Part shown: positions 1 to 13,288 of the stretch, in pieces
Numbering within the stretch: the stretch's first letter is position 1
Layout: the number at the start of each line of letters is the position of its first letter
DNA from: Yuukianura sp. NJ FZ-2021
Taxonomy: Eukaryota
Length of the DNA: 64,000 bases
NCBI GenBank assembly: GCA_046563655.1
Contig: CM102284.1
Coordinates: forward strand, 1,240,001-1,304,000
Reading direction: 5' to 3'
Notes under the pieces: model-generated
The model's database searches: none
Seen by the model: only the letters and a program-made list of their open reading frames with translations
Told to the model about the DNA's origin: nothing
Position numbers and translations under genes: made by a program

Positions 1-3000
1 AAAAAGAGAGTTCGCGTCTTGCGCGCGGTTCTTCAAACGCACAGGAGTTTTTATGAACTCTTTTCCATACTTTTTTTTCACTTTCACCACATGCTCCAAA
101 ATTTTCAAAAGTTATAAAAACATGTTCATGTAAAACGGACCAAAAATATTCAACTTTTGTTTCAAATTTTATTGTTTTTAAAATATGTCGTTTTGCATTT
201 TTTAAAACCTTCAGTTCTTATAGTTTCTTTGAGCAAACATGTTTATGCTAACTCAAACTTTTCAACATTTTTTCACAATTGAAAAAACGAAATGGAACTT
301 TTTACCTTTTAACAAGTAAAAAGTTTGTTTTTCTTATATTACACATTCAAAAAATTTCCTTTTAAATTTTAAAACGAGCAAAAATTCCAATTTTGAATTA
401 CTACCAAATTATTGTTGAGAGAATGAGAAATGAAAAAAAATTATGAAAAAGTTTGGTAATTGGCCTTGTTTTGCACAGAAGATTTGTTTTCCATCCCTTT
501 TTCGTTCAGGAAAACAATTTTTGTTTTTGCAAAACTAATTAAAATTATTTTCGCTAAAAAGCTGAAGTTGTGCGAAGTTGTTCTTTTGTTTATGAGTTTT
601 TTTTTTGTTAAAATGAAAGCAGCATTTTTTTTTCAAGCGAAAAAATAGCCTAATCAGCATAGAACTTTTTTTTTGCCTGTCACAGCGATTCAATTTATAT
701 TTTTTTTGAAAAACATGTTTTTGTAGATTTTAATTTAGATTTCAGAAGTTTTCTCAATTTCAGAAAAAAGTGAGATGAGTTACAGCTACCTCGTTAGGAT
801 ACTAGGCTTAACAAAGCATAATTTTTTTCAAATCAAGTTAAGTTTTTTTAAAAAAACTATGTTAGCTTTTGATAAAATCCTAAAAAGTAGTTTGACGTAG
901 TAAGGTAATAGAGATAAATGGAGAGTAAGATAGACAAGATGGTAAAACCACGAGAGTTTGTTCTGAACAAAACTTTTTTGGTTCCTTTTCCAATCAGAAT
1001 TAGCCACAAAACCGCTAAAAACTTTTTTTCTCAAAAACGACATAAACTAAACTTTGTCTTTTTCGAAAACTTTACGTTCTAATCAGACCACCACTTCTTC
1101 TTCCTCGGCATGGCGGCAATGTAATTTGATTTCAAAGAATTCAAATTTCCCTCTCTCTCTAACATTACAAATGTGAGAACTTTGTTCTAAAGTTGAAGCG
1201 GGAAGTTTCAAAATTTGGAACCACGAAAAGTAAAACTTTTGTATCATCAACTAATTCTCTGTCTCTGTTTTTAGCATAGAGTTCTGCATACCTTGCGTCA
1301 ATTAGGACATACACGTGCCGCACAGTGGAACTTTCAAAAAAAAAAAAACTACTTTCTCCCGGGACTTTTTTTTCAAATTTTGAAAGAGGTTCATTTTGAG
1401 GTGAAGGCGGGAAGATGACATCCATTTGAAAATGGGATTACCATGGAGAGAAAACGTACAAGTTTCAGAAGAGCCGAGGGAAAATGACTCTTAATTTAAA
1501 AAAGACTTTTAAAATAGGCGCCTTTAAAAAAATTTAGAATGCTCTTCTTCTCTTTTTTATTTGCCTTGTGGGACTTGCCGGGAGACCTGAAATTTAAAAT
1601 ATTCAAAAAATAAAGTGCTCCCACACGCGCTCTTTTCTTAGTACATGCGACTTGACGTTCTCAATTAAGATCAAGACTAAAATTTAATTTAAAAGTGTTT
1701 TAGGCCTCCATTAATTACATTTACATAGCCCATACTTCAACTCCGTGATTCTAAACACAACTTGTTGCTCGTTAATAGCTCTATTGTTCACTTTCATTCA
1801 AAATTGGGTTTTCAAAATTTTGTAGATTTTTCCAAAAAAAAATTCTCCTTTCTATTTTCTCAATTACTCTCTGTCTTTCACTCAAAATTTCAGAAATCAA
1901 AAACTTATATTTTTGGCAAAAATAATAAAAATTCACAATGTTTTTTTTTGTTACAATTGAAGATCAGAAGGAAGTCTGCAAATTGTCTGAAAATGCAACT
2001 CACAAATTAGACTTTTATGAAGATTCAAATTTGTCTAAACTTCAAATTTTGAGTTAAAAAAAAAGATTTGAAAGAAATGGTTTTCATAGTACTAGCTTAC
2101 AAAGTTGATTAAAAAGTTTTCAAAAAGTGTTTTGAAAAAGCGACTACCACGCAGATGCGTGTTCAAAACAAAAAAGTTGGCGTTTCATTTCTAAAAATAC
2201 TCAAGTTAAATTAGAAAAGTTGCATGAGCTCGTTAGTTTTTTACCTTAATATTTGGAAAACAAAATTAATTAAAACATTGACGAAAAAATTAACTTTGTT
2301 CAAGATCTACGCAACAAAAATGTTTCATTAAAAATGTTTACAAGGTCTAAAATTTAACACAAATTTTTTCCTAAATTGCAAAAGTTAGCAATAAAGCTCA
2401 AAATCTCAGCTAGTACTTTTTTAAATTGAGAAAGTTAAACTGTAGACTTAACTTTCGAGATTGTTGAATTTAAAAGACGTCAGTAAAAGCGTCATTGAAC
2501 AAACTCTGTTTGAACAAGTATCGATCTTTTCAAATTGATTTTTTAAAGAACTAGTTCTTCTCTTTTGTATTTTCCCTCCCCATGGACCATAAAGTGACGC
2601 ATTGAGGCTCTTGTAATTTACTAAATGCAGAATTCAACCATTTGAGTACACTTTCCTCTAGCACCAACATCACATCGTCTCAACTGTCCCCAAATGGAAA
2701 ACGGCGGCAGAACTAAAATTATACGAGAGAGGGAGCAGATGGAACTTTAATAGCCTCATAAAGAAAGTCTTCAAGAGACGAACCAGATCACATCAAAAGA
2801 CTCCCGTTGCCATGGTTTCTCATTAGAACTTCTCCACATCACACTCAAAGTCTCCCTTTAAAGACACACTTCCTCCTCAACCGCGTCAATTTCAAACTTC
2901 AAAGGCCCCTCTAGCACAGTACTTCCTCAATTTTTGCCAACTTGGCGCTTTTTGTGTTCAAAAGAATCCGTTTTTGGCGCACAAAATCTGTCACACTCTA

Positions 3001-3203
3001 TCGTAACATATTCCCACCACTTCCAAGCCAAATTACTGGGATAAAGGTATCTGGAATGGAGGCTGAGCACGTAGTTTTCCTTAGCCTAATGTCACTTGAA
3101 AGCGGTCGGAATACTAAAAGAAAGTGGTTGAAGTAAGCAAAAAATATGTGATTGTACCCACAACCAAAAATACTTGCCATATCACTTTACATAAATAGAA
3201 AAT

Positions 3204-3330
3204 GGGCAGCAGCCTAATGGACTAACGGATCTACCCAGATTGCCGAGACATGGGTTCGACTCCCACCAGGTTTCATGTTTTTCCTCTCATTTCTTGTTCT
3301 TTCAGTTATCTCAGTCCCCTCTACACTCTC
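3204..3330 (+). mobile_element. tRNA-derived SINE-like element (copy 1)
   Basis: A-box-like AGCCTAATGG and B-box GGTTCGACTCC, followed by a pyrimidine-rich tail (TCTTGTTCTTT...CCCCT) shared with the copy at 41415-41527. No convincing cloverleaf. 3' end approximate. Confidence 0.55.
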
Positions 3331-4501
3331 ATACACCCACAAATACGTGTTTTGTTACCTCCATCGTGTTCAATACGGCTGACAATGGTAACATTTGAGG
3401 CGGTGATACACTGAGTGTGGTTGTTTATGGGTGTTACAACTGTGTTTTCCTTGCCGTACTTCAACCGGTGAAGCTAAACGGAGTGAGAACGGAAGGGTGA
3501 ACGTGAAAGTTAAAAAGTGAAAGCTAAGGGGTTAGCCTTACGAGCTTATTTTTTCTTTAGAAAATGCCAAACGTCAATTCCCTAATGAATTTCTTCTGAC
3601 ACAAGTGAGAGCACGGGAAAGTCTTTAAGCTTTCTCGACTTTTCACAAACTTTCTTTCCTATTATTCCGTAACCTGAGTCTTGCCTTCCAGACCGTCATT
3701 AGAAAGGGCAAGACGTAATTGGAACGGAAATAAAGTGCGCGGAATTTAAAAAACCTAACCAAAGAACATGTTTTTTGTTACAAAAAATTGTTTCTGTAAT
3801 AATTATCCTTCTTGTTTTTTAGAAAACAATTTTTTCTAAAATTTTGGTAACAGAAAATTTCCGTTTTCCAAAGCGCGTTTTCCAAAATTATTGCAATGGC
3901 TTTTGGTATTAACGAAAGCAATTAATTGTGTAACCTTTGCCACGAAACTGTTGAGAGTCAAATTTGAAGCTATGCATCGTTAGTGCAAAAGTAAAAACAA
4001 ACGAAATTTTTTATTGTTTAAAAAAAAAAATAGAAAAAAAAATTAGAAACTACTGCTGATTTCTGTTGTTGTTTTTATTTCAAACTTTATGTTCAGTGAC
4101 ATGTTCGCTCAAATGACACAAAAATATGCATGTGTTGGAATTTTGTTGAAAAAACTAAATTTTTGTTGATGATTTTTTTGTGGGAGTATTGATGTGCTGA
4201 TGGAATGTTTGCCTATCTGAAAAAAAAAAAACTTTGGAGTTTATGGTAATGCACTGCGGTAAGCTTATACAGTGAATGAAGGGAACGCATAGTTCAACTT
4301 CCCGAAGAAATGGACGTTCAATAAATCTTTCTGTTCCTGAAAATCTTGTCGAGAGAAGCAACTTTCTCCATTTGGCTTTCCCGGGAGAAAGCAGCCTTCG
4401 TCGCAGTTTTCTTTGAAGATCAACTTTTGGGTCTCGGATCAGATTTCTAAGAGGATATGAGTTTAGGATCAGACGAGTATTGATTACTCAAGGAAGTTCT
4501 G

Positions 4502-4662
4502 GGACGTCCATGGACGGATACCGATGGACGGCCTTGTCCATGGACGGAATTTCTCATACACTTATCCAGATTTCTCTCACACAAGAACAAACTATGATCC
4601 ATGAGTTCAGAAATTTCCGTCCATGAGTAATTCCGTCCATGAGTATTCGTCCATACCCGTCC
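4502..4662. repeat. Short imperfect inverted-repeat element with repeated (C)CGTCCATG / CATGGACGG motifs (MITE-like)
   Basis: ATGGACGG is repeated at the left end and its complement CGTCCAT is repeated at the right end. Confidence 0.45.
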
Positions 4663-5809
4663 TTTTACTCTTTCGTGCCAAACGAAGAAGGCGTCGAGTG
4701 GAGAGTGGAACCATAAGTTTCACTCTCCACACTTTACTTTCACACTCTGTTTACTTTCTCTTCCTATTTGGTAAGTTTGTGCATGTTGTTGATAGTCCAA
4801 CTTTTGGGCCACCCTGTACTTATACCCTATGTTTGTTTGCTTTTCATTTAACACTTATATATTAATATGCTGATATCTCAGTCATAATGAAACTTCCTTG
4901 ACAAAGCACAGAAAGGCGCCTCGGGCCAGTTGAGCATTACACTAAAGGGGAAGGTTTCATTTTAAACTTGGCGCGTTTTATGTTTTTAGAAGTCAATTTG
5001 AAACTCCCGCTTCTGTTACATAACTTTACACTGATGGAATGTAATAAATTAGTGCGTAGAGGAACAAGTAAATATTTACTTTGACTCCGAAATGTACTTT
5101 TTGAACACTGCTCTACTTTCAACGTATTTTCTCTTTTCCTAAACTAAAAAGCAGCGATAGAGAGAAGGTTTACATTTTCCAAAATTGGAATCAAACTCTG
5201 CCTTCTTCTCAGCATCCAATCAAGTTTAGCCAGGAAAACTTGTTAAAGTCAGCAAAAACGCAATTTCCAAAAGAAACTCAATTTCAGCCGATAGCATTTA
5301 TTTGCCTGATCGAAGCTGTTAACAAAAACACTCTTGAACAGAATTCCAAACTTGGAAAGTCGCTAGAATCAACCGCGGAAACTTGAAAACGTTGCGTCTT
5401 TTACAGTATAACTTCTGTAACAAAATGCACAGAGAGTATACCTCGTTTCAAAATTTCAATTTCCCGCGGCGTGTGTGCGTGCTTGAAAAAGATAAGCATA
5501 GTTGATGACATAGTTGAGCATGTGCAGAAGCTTTAGAACACACAACCTCAGATTCGCATAAAACAAGAACAATAATTGTAAAACAAGGGTAACAAAGTAC
5601 CGGAAGACACACTGCCCACTTCCCATTAAATCCTCAAAGGGCAAAAATGTCAACTAATTGTTATAATTATAAAAGTAAATGCATAAGTAAATTTAAATTA
5701 ATGTATAAGTGTAATTATGTGTGGGAGGAATAAAATAAATCTAAAAATATACATCTTCATGTATTGTGCAATCGGAATATAAAGAAGATATAAAGAAGAA
5801 AATAAAGAA

Positions 5810-6010
5810 AACATACAAACAGGCAGATACACAAAAATACAGGCAGACAGACAGTCAGGGAGACAGACACACAGACAAACACACAGACAGATATACGGAC
5901 AGACAAGCATAATACAGACATACAGACACAGGCAGATAGACAGACATGGAGACACAGGCAGACACAAACTGACAGACTGATACAGACAGACAGACAGACA
6001 GACAGACGGA
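5810..6010. repeat. Degenerate (CAGA/GACA)n microsatellite
   Basis: Run of cagacagacaga-type units; it explains the spurious Cys/Val/Leu ORFs at 5698-6071. Confidence 0.9.
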
Positions 6011-8049
6011 CTGAGCGAATCCGTAAAGTAGCTTTAATATAAAACAGATAGAGGGCGCTGATACGCATCAATTCTGTTTACGTCGACAGGAAGTCCCTCG
6101 TGAGGAGCACAAACATATTGACCGAGAGTTGTTTTCGTTCTCTTCGCAAGTCGCTTCGTTAGCTACTAATGAATTTCCGGAAAGAAATAAATTATGAAAA
6201 GAAAAAGAGGCAAAATGGCCCTTAGCCTCTCTTCCACTCTCCACTTTTGAAATTTATCCCTTCCTGTTTTTGTCTAAAAAATTTCACTTCTATCTCCTTT
6301 TTTTTTCAAAGGAGATTTTTTTTGTCTTTTTCTGGATTCCCGAATTCTTGAATTCCTTTTCCACAAGCATATATCTCATTTTTTACAACAATTCGTATGT
6401 CTCTTTTGCTTTGCCGGGCGTTCTTGACTCCCTTCTAGAGAAAGTGGACAATGGGATGCGATGACTTTGGTTTGGCCAGAAGATAAGAGCATGTGATAGC
6501 TTACAGCCATTGAGGCCATGTCACTTCCCTTGACATATGGCGGCAAAGTCTTCTCTCTTTTTTCTAGAAAGTGGCTCAATCTATGTCACAAACGTCACTT
6601 TCACAAATAATTGAAATCCGCCATTTCTACCCGCTCAAAAAACAGCTCAAAATCTTGAACAAAAAGTTAGAAGCGTAAATCCAACTCGCTAGTTCGAGTA
6701 AATTGGGTTTTAAATTGGTAGGGTTTTGTTTTCTGCCAAATTCTCAAAAAACACGCCCCCAAAATCACTTCGAGTTTAATTTTTTTTGAAATGCGAATTT
6801 TTTAAAATGCGCATGTATGTTCTGGGCAACCTGCGACACAGACATGTTCATGATGACTAAATTGAATGTAAAAGCTTTTTCTTCAAGTTTCAAATTGTAT
6901 TGAAAAAGTTACACTCCCCTTTTCTATACTCCCTCCGGCCTAACTTTCTTTAAACTTATTTGAAACCTAACTTTCTCCATTTTCTAAAACCCAGTTTAAA
7001 AGAGATCTAAGAAACAACTTCCTGAATGTTTTTTTTCTCCAAAAAAAAAAAAAATTTGAAAAAGCTTCCATTAACCATATACTGGTAAAAAAAATTTAGA
7101 GCAGTCCTAAGAGTTTTTAAAAATTGATACAAAAAGCATTTGGTCTAAAAGTATAAGTGAAGAACATAACATTCAAAAATGTACAAGATTTTACGAACAT
7201 AAAACTTTGTATGTGTCTTTTTTTTTAAACTTTAAAATTTTCTTTTAACTTTGTGAAAAAAATTGACCTTTGACCTTTGACATTTTAACCTGAGGCGAAT
7301 GTGTTCGGAAATAGTGAAATCTCATCTTGCCCCAGCCACTTTGATTTGAGTCCCTGATCCACTTGAAGTCAAAACCTCCGTTCTGAGATGCACTTAAGGG
7401 TCTATATAGTGGAATCTTAGGAGAAACCCATTTTCTGTAGTCAGTTTTAGTTTTCTGAAGGTTAGGTTAGTTTTGTATAGGTTATGTTGAGCTTAAGTTG
7501 AAATTAGGTCTTTTGCCATTAGGGAAGAGAGAGAAAGGGGAATTGGGTTGAAGGGGGAAGTGAAAGTGGGACTGAATAATTAAGAGGGAGACAATGCTGA
7601 AGTGTTTTCAGAAGGAATTTCACGCTTAAGATGAATGATGAGACTCAAGTTGAAGAAGAACTGGAGTGAACCAATAGTGAAGTAGTACGAAGGAACTTGA
7701 AAACCAATTTACTTCACTTTCTCATCAAATCAGGATCACAGCATACAGCTTTCACCTTTACAGCAGGAGTACTACAAGGAGAACTCATTCTCAATATATT
7801 CCCAATTCCAGGAAATTGTTTTCAATTTCATGACAAACAATCTGGAAGGAAAAGAAAAGTTTTGGATCTAAAGTAAACACGAGACACAGAGGAGACATGA
7901 TGCTTGGAATTATGATGTAGAATATACTCGGTTGTCATTGGAGTGTACAAAAGTAGCGAAAGCTGGCGCCACAATGGGAAATGACTGCTCATACTGGCCC
8001 ACAATTGTAAACTGTAATGGGTCATAGTTGTCAACGGGAATAAGAAAAA

Positions 8050-8377
8050 AAAATTGACCTTTGACCCAGGAGGAGGTCACTTATGGTCAAATAAAATTCA
8101 CAAAAGTTGTTTGTCTCAATGGATGAACCGCCACTGTAGAGCTCATTTTATATTTTAGATGGGATAAAATAGTTGACCTTGACCTTTGACCCGGATTTGA
8201 CCCAGCGGGATATTAAACAGTGAATATCCCGCGGGTAACTGCGTGGTTACTAGTGAAAACAAATCACGAAAATGATGAGCACTTTTTGAGATAGTTGAGA
8301 GAGACAGAAGGCAGGCAGGATAGACAGATAGACGTACACACAGCTAAGTTCGATTCATAAAGTAGCTTTTGCTACTT
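8050..8377 (+). mobile_element. Possible Helentron/DINE-like interspersed repeat fragment
   Basis: TGACCTTTGACC motifs, a GACA-type microsatellite near the end, and a terminal hairpin AAGTAGC-TTTT-GCTACTT (8359-8377). A similar end (GACAGACGG...TAAAGTAGCTTT) occurs at about 6000-6035. Confidence 0.3.
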
Positions 8378-8765
8378 AATAAAATGTAAAACATGGAAAG
8401 AATTGATGTCAATACCAAAAACATAATAGAATTGTTGTTTGTTTTTCATATTCGGAAGCCGGACGAATCAAAACAACAAAAGTTTTCCTACAGATTTTCA
8501 ATCATTTCTTCGAAAGGCTAAAATTTTCAAAACAGTTTCACCAACAGATTTTCAGATAGAAGTTTCAGGAGCAAGTTTTTTCGCCACATTTTATCAAAAC
8601 ATGAACTTTAAATCTTCAAAAAGCAAATTAAGTAGTAATCTCAAAATAAAATTGAAAAAGATGATTTTGTAGCTTAAAATTTTGAAGCAATTTGTTGGCG
8701 CTTGTATTGGGCTACATGAGATGTTTGCTGAATTTTTCAAATTTCGAAATTTTGAAAACGTTTAC

Positions 8766-8898
8766 CTGCAACGTATCCAGAAGTGTAGTCGCTGGATTCT
8801 GAAGACAGTGAATTTGTGTTGTCAGTTGCAGCGATGAGGAGCGGTAAAGCAATTTGGTAGATGAAGACGATAGCAGTTGTTGAAGTGCTCCACGGCAT
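8766..8898 (-). CDS. Putative first coding exon (signal-peptide-like) of a gene continuing leftwards through a large intron
   Basis: ATG at 8898 gives MPWSTSTTAIVFIYQIALPLLIAATDNTNSLSSESSDYTSGYVA, ending at a phase-1 donor CAG|GTAAA. No downstream exon was recognised in 1-8765. Confidence 0.35.
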
Positions 8899-9819
8899 AA
8901 CTGTGCTTATGTAGTTCTCAAAAAAAAGTTCAAAATGGAATTCAAATTCTACTCGTTTTGTTTAAAATTTTGAAACTTGAAAGTTTCCAAGTATGCCAGA
9001 GATAAAGTTGAAGTGACGTCCTCGAGTTGTGAAGTTCCGGTGCAGAATGATCCAACTTTTTAAGATTTTCGTGCCGCTGTAGTTTAGAAATTGTGTTCTC
9101 CTCTACGCATTCCCACCGGAAGAGAATCTTTCTCCGGAGATCCGTCTGGTCCTGATGCTGCAGCAGCATTTCACATGGAAAGTGGAATGAAAGTTTTTAG
9201 TTCAAGAAACAGTTTGGTTTTTTCTTTCATTTGACACGAGCAAGTAAACTCAGCAGTTTTTGCTGCCAAAGAAGGAAAACTTAGCACAAAAGAATAGTAG
9301 AAGTGACAAAATTTCGCTCCACTTTTTGTGAAAATTGAATATAATTAGCTGTATTTTCCTTTTGAACGCTGTCTCAAAAATTTCTACTCTTGAACGTTCT
9401 TCATACCTAATTGTTCATACTAGTATGAAATGCGAAGTAAACGTTAGTTTGAGTGCATGTATACATTCACTCACACTAACGTTTACTTCAACCGACTAAT
9501 TTGTAAATTCAATACTTGTTTGGTTACAAACAGAATTAATTATGAGGAAAAAAGCAAAGCAAGTTTATTGTATTTATCAATTGACCATCCTTAACTCATA
9601 TCCTTGGCAGTAGGTGCAGATCCACATAGTTTAACAATATTCAGTCTTACATCTACAGATTCAGATGCTTATCTAAACCTGACCAATTGAAAACTAGCCA
9701 ATTACAAGACATCGATGAGTTAGGTGGGTGAGATGAGATATGAATAGTAGTAAAGGTATACTTTAGGCTGAATGAGGAACAGAATACAGTCCAGTGGAAT
9801 GTGGAGTGGACGATCGGAA

Positions 9820-11678
9820 TTACTTTGGAGCTTCGAGAGCTTGCTGAGGAAGAGGAGCTTCCACACTGAGCACTCCATCCTTAGACAACGATGATTGAAT
9901 CTGCTCCGGATTCACTCCCTTCGGAAGCAGAAATTCCTGCTTGTACTCCCGATGCACATACTTCGTATCCGACTTCTCCTCGTGCTTAGCATGTACCTGC
10001 AATTCACATAACAGATCAAACCTTAGTCAAAGCAAGGACAGAGGTCAAATGTCAACTCTCTTGCCAAATTCTCACCAGAAGTTTGTTGTCGACTGTCTTC
10101 ACTTCGACTTCTTCCGGAGCGTAATGACTGACATCAAATCGCAGTTTGAGAGTCTTGCCATCTCCGTCGTTTTGGACGAGTGGAGACTTCAGAGCGTCCA
10201 CAAAGCTAACAGAAACAAAGTTTTTATTATACATTTGTGGAGTTGGTTAGGATGGAGAAACTGCTACTGCTAAAGTTAAGACCCCGTCGGATTTTACTTA
10301 CGAGGAGGGGTTGTCAACCGTTTCTCAAAATAAAATATGGGACTAGTCGCAAAAAGGGGATGGCCCAAAACCCTATCTAAATGTTCGCCGGTGCGATTTG
10401 AATGAAATTTTAACGAGTTGTTAGGATCAATAGTATGATCATTTTTGCAAATTTTCAGCCCCCTAGAAACAAGGGGTCGCGGGTGACGGGGGGTCAAAGG
10501 TCAGCATGTCATCCTATGACGACCCCATGCAAGTAGCATATCGTTGGAACGGGCTTGACCTGCTGATTCAGAAAATATATATATGTTGCTATTTATGACG
10601 AAAGACAACCGAAATATTGCGTCCTGAAGGAAAAATTGCAATTTAGACACGGGTCCCTGTCGCTCCGTTTTGCCTTCAGCGCGCAATATTTCGGTTGTCT
10701 TTCGTCATAAATAGCAACATAGATATATTTTCTGAATCAGGAGATCAAGCCCGTTCCAACGATATGCTACTTGCATGGGGTCGTCATAGGATGACATGCT
10801 GACCTTTGACCCCCCGTCACCCGCGACCCCTTGTTTCTAGGGGGCTGAAAATTTGCAAAAATGATCATACTATTGATCCTAACAACTCGTTAAAATTTCA
10901 TTCAAATCGCACCGGCGAACATTTAGATAGGGTTTTGGGCCATCCCCTTTTCTTATAATTAAAGAAAAATTTTGACACTAGTTTCGTTTCCCAACGCGAA
11001 AAAAAATTTTGCCCTAGGTGGGCTCGAACACCAGCCGGGTACGCAAGTTGTTATAAAATCATAAAAAATTATTCAAAATTCAAAAGTCAAAGCTAACAAA
11101 ACCTCATCCAAGATCATCAAACTGGTTTAAAAATTTCTCTTGACATTTGTGATCACGTTAAAATTGAAAAAAAAATTATAACATGAACATTCATCACATG
11201 GCGGGTGTTCGAATCCACCTCGGTTTAACTTTTTTTTCGCGTTGGGAAACGAAACTAGTGTCAAAATTTTTCTTTAATTATAAGAAAATTTTTGCGACTA
11301 GTCCCATATTTTATTTTGAGAAACGGTTGACAACCCCTCCTCGTTAGTAAAATGCTAGCAGTATCTACAGCCGACGGTGTCCCCCCAATCACAAGGAGGA
11401 CTGAGTAATACCTAGCATCATATAAGCAAGTATTTTCTCAAGTACCTGTGGTCAAACAAATCGTCCGGGCGTTGGAGAAGATGGGAACGGAAGTTGTTCA
11501 TTTCCTCATCCATTTGCCGCATCTCTTTCAAGAATCTAAAATTCAAAAAACGGTCGTTTTAAGCAATCCAAGCACGAAATGGTCAAGTTAATATCCAAAC
11601 TGACTGGTGTCGAACGTTGTGGAAAACATTATCCAGGGCGAAGGCATCATCCAGTCTGACTGCAATTCGTTTGTCCAT
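9820..11678 (-). CDS. Small heat-shock protein (alpha-crystallin domain), Hsp21.4/CG14207-like group, copy 1; exons 11678-11605, 11535-11446, 10205-10076, 9996-9820; 156 aa
   Basis: All junctions are GT-AG and in frame. Motifs [49 protein letters not shown] and [15 protein letters not shown] closely match the intron-containing insect Hsp21.4 group. Confidence 0.93.
10301..11343. mobile_element. Non-autonomous PIF/Harbinger-like MITE (451 bp without the nested insert) in sHSP intron 2
   Basis: 114-bp perfect TIRs once the nested element is removed (10301-10355 + 10948-11006 versus 11230-11343). Flanked by TTA direct repeats (10298-10300, 11344-11346). Absent from the 140-nt paralogous intron at 16757-16896. 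Confidence 0.8.
10356..10947. mobile_element. Spy-like foldback MITE (592 bp) with no target-site duplication, nested in the left TIR of the outer MITE
   Basis: 266-bp arms (10356-10621 / 10682-10947) with 3 mismatches, a 60-bp spacer and termini GGGGATGG...CCATCCCC. It sits exactly between AAAAA and TTTT; removing it restores the outer TIR exactly. Confidence 0.82.
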
Positions 11679-12435
11679 TGTTGAGATTTGATTTTCAATA
11701 CTACTGAAATTAAAAATGAGAAATTAGGAAATTGTGGATTGGCTTCCTAATTCTAATCTTGCTTGAGTGTTTAACAGTTCCTGATTAGTCAAGCTATGAC
11801 TAATCAAGCATTCTTGATTTGATTAGTCAGTCAAAGGTCAAGGTCGTTATCTGATAACAACTTAAACAGTGCAGTGATCTTTTGTTTCCCCACCGAATTT
11901 CTCACACTTATCGACCTCTCTTCTCTCAAGCTTTATTCTAATCCGATAGTGTTAATGATTTTAAATTGGTTTACCTTAAAATTGTTCAATTAACCTGGAT
12001 GACTGGCAGACAAGAGACAAGCAAGACAGGCAAGAGGCAACCACGCACTAAACTGACAATTGACTCCTTCCATAATATTTCCTCGCTCCTCGCCTCGCCT
12101 TCTGCACAGAGTACAACAAAAGATTATAAAACCGGCTTCTGAGGGCGTTGGCTGTCTTGTTCTTCGATCTGAAAGTTAGTTTTAAGTATAGTACTGCGCC
12201 ACTGTGGTTGCATTAAAGGATTATTTTTGAAATACTAATTATTAATTAACGTCCAAAGGTAGTGTACAGGTTACTGCTAACGTTTGATTGCGTTCTACGC
12301 TAACTAATCACCTTTACATTACGTTCAAACGTGAATTTGTAATTACTATTTTCAAAAGAATGTTTACAAATAAGTATTGGCGCAAGATTCCGCTGAAACA
12401 AACTTACCGATCGATCAAGGGGGTGTTGGCAGCAT

Positions 12436-12820
12436 TGTTGCTGGACGCTGAAAAGTCCAGTGGCTTAATTGCCACTTCCACTGGATATCCACACTAAAAA
12501 ATTCACCCGAAATAGATGAAACCTTTACGGATGGAAGAAATTAAGGATTTAGCTCGAAATTAAAAAAAAAACAAAATGAAAATTGTAAAAATAATATCAA
12601 AAAGAATTTCTTTTATCATTGACATTAATTACTTAAAAGTCATACATAAATGATATTTTCTTCGCTTTTGTGCATTATCTTGAATTGTTTAAGCGTTTTG
12701 TAATTAATTAATTCAAGCCCCCTGCGGGCAAAGCTCCGCCCCTTTGGATTCATCCATTTCGTTCATTTCTTCCACTGGATATCCAGCCGTGGTCGAAAAT
12801 GTGGATATCCAGCAACACTC
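12436..12820. mobile_element. Dispersed non-autonomous DNA-transposon-like repeat (copy A)
   Basis: Short inverted ends TGTTGCTGGA...TCCAGCAACA and internal CCACTGGATATCCA motifs; collinear similarity with about 60165-60582. Confidence 0.65.
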
Positions 12821-13278
12821 TGGTTGGCTTGGCAGAGGTGCTTTCCAATCGCGCCCTATAAAACATTGCGGTTTTTCTCACCAGATCATCAGAAGGTGAC
12901 GCTGACTGCGACTTTTGACAAAAGCAATAATTGGGCTTATAAGAATTAAATAATTTCAATTTCAGTTAAAGTTCAAACACAAAAAATACTAAAGCTAACA
13001 AAAATTTGCATTGGCATTATTATACAGGTTGTATTTTTCCTTGTTTAATTCACATGAATATGAAAATCATTAGGTTGACCTTAGGGCAAACTCATGTAAA
13101 TGCAAGGTCAAGAAAATCCTCTTACAAATCTTACCTTTGAGTTACCTTACTGTTAAGGTTGCAAACCAATACTAAACCTGACATTAACATCATTTAAAAT
13201 CACTAATTATGATTAACACCTTGGGTGATGCACATCTAAAGTTGGAATCTTACATAAACAGCTTATTCACATCAAAAA

Positions 13279-13288
13279 CTATATAAGA
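13279..13288 (+). promoter_or_regulatory. Candidate TATA box of the 13387 gene
   Basis: CTATATAAGA about 100 nt upstream of the ATG. Confidence 0.45.

Noticed and set aside
5698..6071. Cys/Val/Leu-rich minus-strand ORFs
   Set aside because: They are translations of the (CAGA)n microsatellite.
8942..9169. 75-aa minus-strand ORF
   Set aside because: No motifs or splice support; more likely 5' UTR of the putative 8898 gene.
10294..10686. Short ORFs within the foldback element
   Set aside because: They lie in inverted-repeat arms and have no transposase motifs.
10291..11353. Assembly artefact explaining the long palindrome
   Set aside because: The arms differ at 3 positions, there is a unique spacer, and the nested boundaries and TTA duplication are biologically coherent. 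Long reads would confirm.
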